DNA of 29,260 bases. It comes from a virus (lineage: Duplodnaviria > Caudoviricetes). The stretch is taken from IMG/VR virus record IMGVR_UViG_3300007255_000005, positions 1 to 29,260 of that record, one strand, 5' to 3'. Below are positions 22,790-29,260 of the stretch, in pieces. Within the stretch, counting starts at the first letter, position 1; the number at the start of each line of letters is the position of its first letter. The position numbers and the translations under genes are program-made. Below the pieces are notes generated by a model, which was not told the DNA's origin, searched no databases, and worked only from the letters and a program-made list of their open reading frames with translations.

Positions 22790-23139
22790 GGCTCTGCGAC
22801 AACCACTTCGCGGAGCTGCGCCAGCACCTGCAGACGCTGCGCCTGGCCGAGTACTCCTCGCGCACCCATGCGCAGGCGCGCGAGCGCTACGAGAGCGATG
22901 GCTACACGCCGGCGCCGCAGACCGTCGACCAGTTCGACGGCGCGCTCGTCGCCTACCACGCGCTGCTCGAGGAATCGGCGAATGCCGTGCGCGGCGACTC
23001 GGAGCGCTTTCGCGCTATCTGCTTCAACGCGATCTGCCCGCTTTGCTCGTTCGACAAGAATGAGTCGGCCAACTGGCTGATGCAGGCCGCTGCGATCGCG
23101 CGGGTCACGTTCGACTACCTGATCGGGGGGCACGCGTGA
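22786..23139 (+). CDS. Hypothetical protein with probable Zn ligands (CxxH ... CPLC)
   Basis: GTGA overlap; C-terminal part of track ORF 22378..23139. Confidence 0.7.
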   Translation: MRLCDNHFAELRQHLQTLRLAEYSSRTHAQARERYESDGYTPAPQTVDQFDGALVAYHALLEESANAVRGDSERFRAICFNAICPLCSFDKNESANWLMQAAAIARVTFDYLIGGHA

Positions 23140-23384
23140 TCGAGTGGGTCCTCTACGTGATGCTCGCCGTGCAGCTGAACGGTGGCGAGACCGTATACGT
23201 CGGCGCGATGGCGCGCGGCAACCCGGTGCACAAGAGCGCCGAGGCCTGCCGTGAAGCCGGTGCCAAGTACGCGCAATCGCACGTCGTGGTCCTCTGCGAC
23301 CCGCAATACACCAAGGCTGCCGAGAAAAAGCCGAAATGGCTCCGGCCGGCCTTGCCTGAGCAATTCGAGGTGCAAGCGCAATGA
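23136..23384 (+). CDS. Small hypothetical protein with hydrophobic N-terminus and Cys pair
   Basis: Coupled at both ends; SAEACREAG...VLCDP. Confidence 0.65.
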   Translation: MIEWVLYVMLAVQLNGGETVYVGAMARGNPVHKSAEACREAGAKYAQSHVVVLCDPQYTKAAEKKPKWLRPALPEQFEVQAQ

Positions 23385-24373
23385 GCGCCCGCGATGCCTT
23401 CATCGTCATGCGCTGCGGCTGCGGCACCGTCCACAAGGTCGGCGGCCGCGGCGGCTTCTATGACGTGGCCTGGACGCCGGCGCCGCGCGATGGGCAGCTC
23501 GCCAAGCGCTCGAAGGCGAAGCGCACGGTCGTCGCCGAGTACGTCGACAAGCACGCGCCGCGGCTCACGAAGCGCCTGACCACGATCTTCGCCCGCATAG
23601 CGCGCGACGTGGCGGCCGCCGCCCAGAAGCAGCTCGAGCACCGCGGCCTCGAGGCGAAGCACACCGGAAAGCTGGTGAGCTCGGTCCGCCTCACCAAAGA
23701 TGACCTGGTCAACGCGGTCCTGCGCGAGCTCGAGCTCGAGGGCTATGAAGACGAAGTGATCCGCGCCGTGCGGCCGCTCATCGAGGAGGCGTTCCGCGAC
23801 GCCGGCATGTACGGCCTCGAGCAGGTCGGCGTCGACGTCACCGCCGAGGCGAAGAAGAACCTGTTCGAGACAGCCAAGGCCTTCGCCGAGGAGCGCGCGG
23901 CCGAGCTTGTTGGCAAGCGCGTCGTCGCAGGCGAGCTCATCGACAACCCGGATCCGCGCTGGGCGATCACCGAGACCACGCGCGACGGCCTGCGCGACCT
24001 GGTCACCAATGCGATCGACCAGGGCGACTCGCCCAAGGAGCTCGCCGACGCGATCGAGGAGGCCTACGCCTTCAGCGAGTCGCGCGCCGAGATGATCGCG
24101 CGCACCGAGCTCGCCTATGCGCACGTCCAGGGCAACGTCGAAGCCTGGCGCGAATCCGAGGTCGTCGAGATGAAGCAATCGATCCTCGGTGACAACCACG
24201 ACGACGAAGACGAGTGCGACGACGCGGCCGACGAAGGCCCGATCGCGCTCGAGGACGACTTCGAGATGGGCGAATTCGGGCCTCCGTATCACCCGAACTG
24301 CGTTTGCGCACTGATCCCGATCGTCGCTGAACAGCCGGCGGCCGACGTCGCCGGCGAGGAGGTCGCCGCATGA
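23381..24373 (+). CDS. Phage head morphogenesis protein (SPP1 gp7 / Mu gpF family)
   Basis: ITETTRD, RAEMIARTE, GPPYHPNCVC motifs. Confidence 0.92.
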   Translation: MSARDAFIVMRCGCGTVHKVGGRGGFYDVAWTPAPRDGQLAKRSKAKRTVVAEYVDKHAPRLTKRLTTIFARIARDVAAAAQKQLEHRGLEAKHTGKLVSSVRLTKDDLVNAVLRELELEGYEDEVIRAVRPLIEEAFRDAGMYGLEQVGVDVTAEAKKNLFETAKAFAEERAAELVGKRVVAGELIDNPDPRWAITETTRDGLRDLVTNAIDQGDSPKELADAIEEAYAFSESRAEMIARTELAYAHVQGNVEAWRESEVVEMKQSILGDNHDDEDECDDAADEGPIALEDDFEMGEFGPPYHPNCVCALIPIVAEQPAADVAGEEVAA

Positions 24374-24528
24374 GCTACCTGATCGTCTTCGTGGCCGGAG
24401 CACTGATCGGCTGGCGCGCACCGGCGTTCGTTTCCTACTACCGCTATTTCCGCCCGCGCAGCACGCGCTCGAGGGCAATCCTCGGCGCGCTGCTCGCCGC
24501 GATCGGCATCAACCCCGTCGTCCAATGA
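24370..24528 (+). CDS. Small membrane protein, 52 aa
   Basis: Below the track cutoff; MSYLIVFVAGALIGW...AILGALLAAIGINPVVQ; GAGGAGG SD and ATGA overlap. Confidence 0.65.
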   Translation: MSYLIVFVAGALIGWRAPAFVSYYRYFRPRSTRSRAILGALLAAIGINPVVQ

Positions 24529-24541
24529 AAAGGAGATCTAC

Positions 24542-24841
24542 ATGAGTTATTCGTTCAGCGTCCGCGCCGCGTCCAAAGCAGCTGCAGTCGAAAAGGTGGC
24601 CGAGGAGCTGGCCAAGGTAGTGCAGAGCCAGCCTGTGCATGCCGCCGATCGGCAGCAGGCCGAAGCGGCCGCCGGCTCGATGCTCGCCGTTTTCCCGGAG
24701 CCCACCGATGAGCAGGACATCACGGTGTCGGTCTCGGGGTGGCTCAGCTGGACGGGCAGCTACCCCGACAGCCACGTCATCTCTCAGGCGAGCGTCACCG
24801 TCGCCGTCGGGCTTGCCGCCAAGGCCGTCGCCGCAGCGTGA
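24542..24841 (+). CDS. Hypothetical protein, 99 aa
   Basis: AAAGGAG SD; coupled to the next gene. Confidence 0.8.
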   Translation: MSYSFSVRAASKAAAVEKVAEELAKVVQSQPVHAADRQQAEAAAGSMLAVFPEPTDEQDITVSVSGWLSWTGSYPDSHVISQASVTVAVGLAAKAVAAA

Positions 24842-25788
24842 GGATCCTCGTTACCGGCGGCGCAGGTTTCATAGGCTCGGCAGTCGTGCGCGAGCTCGAG
24901 GCGCTCGGACATGCCGTCGTCGTGTACGACGCGCTGAGCTACGCCGGTAACGAATCCAATCTCGAAGGCACGCGCATCCAGCTGCGCAAGGCCGACATCT
25001 GCGATCGCGATCGCGTCAAGGTGGCGCTCGACGAGTTCGGCATCGAGGCGGTCGTGCACATGGCTGCCGACTCGCACGTGCAGCGCAGCTTCGGCGACTT
25101 CCAGCGCTTCATCCGCACCAATGTCGCCGGTACCGAGACGGTGCTCGACGCTTGCGCCGCGATGGGCGTGCGCAACGTGGTGCACATCTCCACCGACGAG
25201 GTCTTCGGCTACGTCACGCACGGCAACTGGGCCTATGAGGATGCGCCGCTGCGGCCGCGCAACCCTTATTCGGCCTCCAAGGCGGCCGCCGAGATGGTGG
25301 TGCGCGCCTACCGCGAGTACCGCGGCATCCAGGCCAAGCTGGTGCGCCTCTCGAACTGCTATGGGCCGCGCCAGCACATAGAAAAGCTGGTCCCGCGCGC
25401 GATCGCTCGCATCAGCTCAGGCCTGCCGGTTGAGCTCCACGGCGACGGCATGCAGATTCGAGACTGGCTCCACGTCGAGGACGCGGCGCGCGGGATCGCC
25501 GAGGTCCTGCTCGAGGGAGACCCTGGCGGCACGTACAACCTGCCAGGCGGCCAGGAGCGCTCTGTAGCGGTCGTCGTCGGCACGATCGTGCGCGAGATGG
25601 GCCTCGGGAACGTGGTGATGGCTCCCGATCGACCTGGCGGCAATGACCGCCGCTATGGCATGGCGCGCAGCGAAGCTCGGCTCACCTGGCGGCCGCTGAC
25701 AAAGTTCCTCGACGGCATTCGCGAGACCGTGGAGTGGTATCGCGCTCACCCGGAGCGCCTGAACGTCGAGCTCGAGGCGGCCGCCTGA
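24838..25788 (+). CDS. rmlB: dTDP-glucose 4,6-dehydratase-like extended SDR (RmlB/RfbB family)
   Basis: ILVTGGAGFIGS, DALSYAGN, AADSHVQRS, HISTDEVFG, PYSASKA, NCYGPRQ, RDWLHVED, DRPG.DRRY; GTG start at 24838. Confidence 0.9.
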   Translation: MRILVTGGAGFIGSAVVRELEALGHAVVVYDALSYAGNESNLEGTRIQLRKADICDRDRVKVALDEFGIEAVVHMAADSHVQRSFGDFQRFIRTNVAGTETVLDACAAMGVRNVVHISTDEVFGYVTHGNWAYEDAPLRPRNPYSASKAAAEMVVRAYREYRGIQAKLVRLSNCYGPRQHIEKLVPRAIARISSGLPVELHGDGMQIRDWLHVEDAARGIAEVLLEGDPGGTYNLPGGQERSVAVVVGTIVREMGLGNVVMAPDRPGGNDRRYGMARSEARLTWRPLTKFLDGIRETVEWYRAHPERLNVELEAAA

Positions 25789-25964
25789 TGGCCAAGCTCA
25801 TCGCCCGCAAGACCTACACCTCTTCCGGTTCCGCCACCTCCGGCATCACGACGTACGGGACCGTTCGTCAAACCAACCCCGCCCCAGCGGTGAGCCAGCG
25901 TGCGCGGCGCCGCAACAGGGTCCGACTCCGCGCGCGATCTGCTTCCAAAAAATCCAAGGAGTAA
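25788..25964 (+). CDS. Small very basic protein, 58 aa
   Basis: TGATG overlap; C-terminus QRARRRNRVRLRARSASKKSKE. Confidence 0.55.
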   Translation: MAKLIARKTYTSSGSATSGITTYGTVRQTNPAPAVSQRARRRNRVRLRARSASKKSKE

Positions 25965-25968
25965 CTCC

Positions 25969-26718
25969 ATGAACGTGCAAATGGTTGCACCAGCTGGCCG
26001 CACCGGAACCATCCTGCTCTGGGACGGCACCAGCGTGAAGATCGACGCGAGCGGCTATGTCACCGTCGACTCGATGTATGCCCCGGCGCTGCTCGCCGGC
26101 GGCTTCGTGCCGCTCGACCCGTCTCAGATGGCGACGCTCTTCGGCAACGCCACCTATGCGCCGAACACCTTCAGCTTCTTCGGCGAGGAAGGGAACCTGT
26201 ACCGCGTGGCCGCCAACCCGGTGGCCGGCAACGGCGCGGACACGGCAGACGACGTCCTGGGCGGCATCGTCATCCCGGCGAACGCTTTCGACAAGTCTGG
26301 CCGCGGTCTTTGCATCACGGCGAGCGGCAAGTTTGCCGCCAACGGCCAGAACAAGCGCTACCGGCTCTGGCTCAATCCGACGCTCGCCGGAAACAGCGTC
26401 GCCAACGGCATCATCTCCGGCGGCAACGCGGTCGTCGGGCCCGGCGTCCTGCTCCTCGATTCCGGCACGCAGACCGGCAACGGCGTCGGCTGGCAGCTGA
26501 GCGGCAACCTCTTCAAGTACGGCGCCGCCGGCTCGAACACGCAGTTCTTCCAGGGCTCGCCGGTCAACGGCGCGACGCACGGCGGGATTCTCACGCCGGT
26601 CTTTTCGACGATGGACGAGACCTCGGCGATGACGCTGGTAGTCACCGGCGCGTCGCAGACCTCGGGAAGCGCCAACGACACGGTGCTGAACTTCTTCGAA
26701 GTAAACGCGATGAACTGA
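25969..26718 (+). CDS. Putative virion protein, Gly/Asn/Thr-rich (249 aa)
   Basis: AAGGAG SD before ATG 25969; beta-rich composition. Confidence 0.8.
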   Translation: MNVQMVAPAGRTGTILLWDGTSVKIDASGYVTVDSMYAPALLAGGFVPLDPSQMATLFGNATYAPNTFSFFGEEGNLYRVAANPVAGNGADTADDVLGGIVIPANAFDKSGRGLCITASGKFAANGQNKRYRLWLNPTLAGNSVANGIISGGNAVVGPGVLLLDSGTQTGNGVGWQLSGNLFKYGAAGSNTQFFQGSPVNGATHGGILTPVFSTMDETSAMTLVVTGASQTSGSANDTVLNFFEVNAMN

Positions 26719-26720
26719 GC

Positions 26721-26764
26721 GCCAGTCGGCACGCGCGCCGCTCCCCACGGCGCGCACCGACGGC
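26721..26764 (+). other. Intergenic hairpin with CUCCCCA loop
   Basis: GCGCGCCG/CGGCGCGC closing the loop, extended by GTCGG/CCGAC and GCC/GGC. Confidence 0.6.
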
Positions 26765-26784
26765 CTCCTACAAGGAGAAGAAAA

Positions 26785-29154
26785 ATGAAACCGGAGCAAA
26801 TCGCATTTGCGCGGCTGATCAAAGTCGACGAGGAGAAGCGCCTCGTCTACGGCCGTGCGTGCCAGGAGGTCGTCGATCGCGTCGGGGAAATCTTCGACTA
26901 CGAGTCGAGCAAGCCGCTCTTCCAAAAATGGAGCAAGAGCCAGCTCGAGGCGTCGATGGGCAAGAGCGCGGGAAACATCCGCGCGATGCACAAGGATGTC
27001 GCCGCCGGCGTGATCGTGCCGGAGGGCGGCCTTGTGTTCCACGACGATGAGCGGGCGATCGACGTCTGCTCGAAGATCGTCGACGACGCTGAATGGGCCA
27101 AGGTGCTGAGCGGCACCTATACCGGCTACTCGATCGGCGGCAGCTACGCGAAGAAGTGGGAGGACCCGGAGCTCAAGCGCACGCGCTACACGGGTGATCC
27201 GATCGAGATCAGCCTGGTCGACCGCCCGGCGGTTCCGACCGCCACGTTCTTCGAGATCCAGAAGCGCGACGGATCGATGGACGTGAAACCGTTCAAGCAG
27301 GACCGCAAGGCGATGATCGCCTACCTCGTCGAGAAGGGCCAGAAGGCCGAGATCCTGGCCAAAGCGCCCGACGACGACATCGAGCAGCGCTACGTCGAGG
27401 CGATCGTCACGTCGCGCCTCGAGGATCTGCGCACCGGAAAGTCGAAGCCGGCCGCCACGAAGGCGCAGCTCATCCTGGATGGCAAGGACCTGGCCACGTT
27501 CGTCGACGATCCGAAGGTCGGCGACCTGGTGGAGCTCGGCGGCAAGCAGTACGCCGTCCAGAAAGTCGAAGCTGGCAAAGCGGTTATCGCGCTCGCGCCC
27601 GCCGACGAACAGGGCATCACGGTGGTGGGCTCGGACGACGAGCTCGCTGCCTTCGCGAAGCTGCTCGACGACCACGGCCTCGAGATGAAGGACGTGATCG
27701 TCCTCGTGAAGCGCGGCCTGCCGAACGCCGAGCCGACCGAGGTGGAGATCGAGGCCGTCGCGCGCACGCTGTGCGAGGCCAAAGGTCAAAAGCCCGACGA
27801 CGCCGGTGCCGACAAGGCGCTGCTCTGGAAGTCCTACATCCCGGCAGCGACCGATGCCGCGCGCAAGGCGAAGGCGAAAGACGACCTCGCCAAGCCGCGG
27901 CGCGCGCCAGGCGCGGCGAAGAAGTTCGCCGACGAGGCGAACAAGAAGTACCCGATCGACACCGAGGAGCAGATCCGCGCCGCGTGGGACTACATCCACG
28001 GCGCAGCTGCCACGAAGAAGTACTCGGCCGACGAGATCAAGATGATCCGCACGGCGATCGCGCTCGAGTGGAAGGCGAAGATCGACAAAGACGGTCCGCC
28101 GGCGCCAGCCGATGCGACAAAGGCCGTCGACGCGCTCGCCAACGCGATGGCGAAGATGGCGAAGGCCGCCCCAGAGGACAAGGAGGCCATGGCCAAGCTG
28201 CAGGCGGCCGCCGCGCGCGCGCTGCTGCGCAAAGGGCTCTACACCTGCGCCGAGTTTGCCTACCTCATCAACTCGCTGTGCGGCCTGGCTGAGGGCGTCG
28301 AGTGGGAGGCCTATCACGAGGGCGACGGCTCGCAGCTGCACGTCAAGATCCGCGAGGGCATCGCGCTGCTTGGCGAGGCGCTCGGTGAGATGGTCGAAGA
28401 GGAGATCGCCGAGCAGATCGGCACCGACGACGCCGGCGGCGGCGCGATGGCACTGCGCGCGTCGCTGCAGGGTCTCTCCAAGCGGCTCGAGGCGCTCGAG
28501 AAGGGCGCATCCGAGAAGCACCTGGTGGTCAAGGCCGCGCACATGCAGAAGTGCCACGACCACGTGGTGAAGATGGGCGCGGCGTGCTCAGGCGCGATGG
28601 ACAAGGCCGCGACGCCAGAGATGATCAAGGCGCACGTCGCAGTCGCCCAGGAGCACCTGGACAAGTGCCACAAGATGCTCAACGCCATGGGCTCGGACTG
28701 CTCGAGCGACGGCAAGGACGACGACGACGCGAAGAAGGCCGCAGCGCTCGCGCAGCGCGAGGCGCTGAAGAAGGCGCACCCGACCCTCTCCGAAGTGCAG
28801 CTCGACGCGCTGCTGAAGGCTGAGCCGATCGCAGCTCCGCCGGCGGCCGCGCCAGCAGATCCTCTCAGTAAGGCAATCGAGGCGGCGCTTGCTCCGATCA
28901 AGCAGGAGCTCGCGGGCGCGAAAGCCACGATCGCGAAGCTCGAGGCCGAGCCGCGCGCGCCGAAAGCGCGGCTGCTCGCCGTCAGCAAAGCTGATGACGT
29001 GGATCCGGCTGCCGGCGGCGGTGCCACCAACGACAAAGCGCCGGGCCCGGTGTTCAAGGCCGACGGCGTGACGATCGACGCGGATGCAACGGCCCTGGCC
29101 ATGACGAAGTGGGTCCAGAGCCGCGGCAAGCCGCTCGTGGACATGAAGCGATAA
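26785..29154 (+). CDS. Prohead serine protease (XkdF/S78-like) fused to extra domains and a scaffold-like C-terminus
   Basis: KVDEEKRLVYG, NIRAMH, YTGYSIGG, EISLVDRPA; internal FADEANKKYPIDTEEQIRAAWDY (DUF6582-like); Ala/Lys-rich coiled C-terminus. Confidence 0.88.
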   Translation: MKPEQIAFARLIKVDEEKRLVYGRACQEVVDRVGEIFDYESSKPLFQKWSKSQLEASMGKSAGNIRAMHKDVAAGVIVPEGGLVFHDDERAIDVCSKIVDDAEWAKVLSGTYTGYSIGGSYAKKWEDPELKRTRYTGDPIEISLVDRPAVPTATFFEIQKRDGSMDVKPFKQDRKAMIAYLVEKGQKAEILAKAPDDDIEQRYVEAIVTSRLEDLRTGKSKPAATKAQLILDGKDLATFVDDPKVGDLVELGGKQYAVQKVEAGKAVIALAPADEQGITVVGSDDELAAFAKLLDDHGLEMKDVIVLVKRGLPNAEPTEVEIEAVARTLCEAKGQKPDDAGADKALLWKSYIPAATDAARKAKAKDDLAKPRRAPGAAKKFADEANKKYPIDTEEQIRAAWDYIHGAAATKKYSADEIKMIRTAIALEWKAKIDKDGPPAPADATKAVDALANAMAKMAKAAPEDKEAMAKLQAAAARALLRKGLYTCAEFAYLINSLCGLAEGVEWEAYHEGDGSQLHVKIREGIALLGEALGEMVEEEIAEQIGTDDAGGGAMALRASLQGLSKRLEALEKGASEKHLVVKAAHMQKCHDHVVKMGAACSGAMDKAATPEMIKAHVAVAQEHLDKCHKMLNAMGSDCSSDGKDDDDAKKAAALAQREALKKAHPTLSEVQLDALLKAEPIAAPPAAAPADPLSKAIEAALAPIKQELAGAKATIAKLEAEPRAPKARLLAVSKADDVDPAAGGGATNDKAPGPVFKADGVTIDADATALAMTKWVQSRGKPLVDMKR

Positions 29155-29260
29155 CGGAAGCCGAGCCCCCCCCTGACAACCACAACCGGCCCCATGACTA
29201 ACCGCAGCCCATAACCCGCTAGCGCGGCGGAGTTCGCGCGAAGAAGTCCAAAAAAATTCA

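Larger units (their letters stand above)
1..29260. mobile_element. Internal segment of a temperate lambdoid-type phage/prophage (early left, immunity, early right/replication, packaging, head)
   Basis: Divergent cI/cro switch, exonuclease, DnaB, initiator, NinB, terS/terL, portal, gp7-like and prohead protease genes in lambdoid order; dense ATGA/GTGA gene overlaps. No boundaries visible. Confidence 0.95.

Noticed and set aside
25846-28563. Very long minus-strand ORFs (905 aa here; also 6231-8213, 14763-15902, 22108-23436, 23153-24478)
   Set aside because: Typical stop-poor antisense frames of high-GC genes; no motifs, and they lie opposite well-supported genes.
29155-29260. C/A-rich AACC repeats and small palindromes after the protease gene
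   Set aside because: Irregular, truncated by the window edge and not CRISPR-like; probably the leader of the next (likely major capsid) gene.
1-29260. CRISPR array, integrase, reverse transcriptase, transposase, rRNA
   Set aside because: No repeat-spacer periodicity or diagnostic motifs were seen on either strand.

Overview
GC-rich temperate (lambdoid-organised) tailed phage or prophage segment, probably from a proteobacterial host; no integrase, att site, major capsid, tail or lysis genes fall inside the window. Left to right: (i) a leftward early operon (1-2522) with a YqaJ/lambda-exonuclease gene running off the edge and a DUF1566-like gene; (ii) an immunity region with a short cI-like repressor, cro, five 18-bp operators (consensus NGTCCGC-N4-GCGGACN, right halves variable), an antisense lipoprotein and a cII-like gene; (iii) a rightward early operon with an unusual coupled cassette (HTH-like ORF, HerA/FtsK-type ATPase, unknown ORF, 647-aa protein with about 7 tandem Xis/MerR-like HTH repeats, radical SAM), then DnaB, a replication initiator with an internal ori, and nin-region genes; (iv) an AT-rich repeat-rich spacer, then terS, terL, portal, many accessory virion-type genes, an SPP1 gp7/Mu gpF-type head protein, an RmlB-like dehydratase and a 789-aa protease-scaffold fusion. 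The best leads are the ATPase/poly-HTH cassette and structured RNA elements in the late operon: an anticodon-less tRNA-like element ending in CCA (21778-21847) and hairpins presenting anti-Shine-Dalgarno CUCC loops (22365-22433, 26721-26764). All family calls come from motif recognition by eye; no database search was run.
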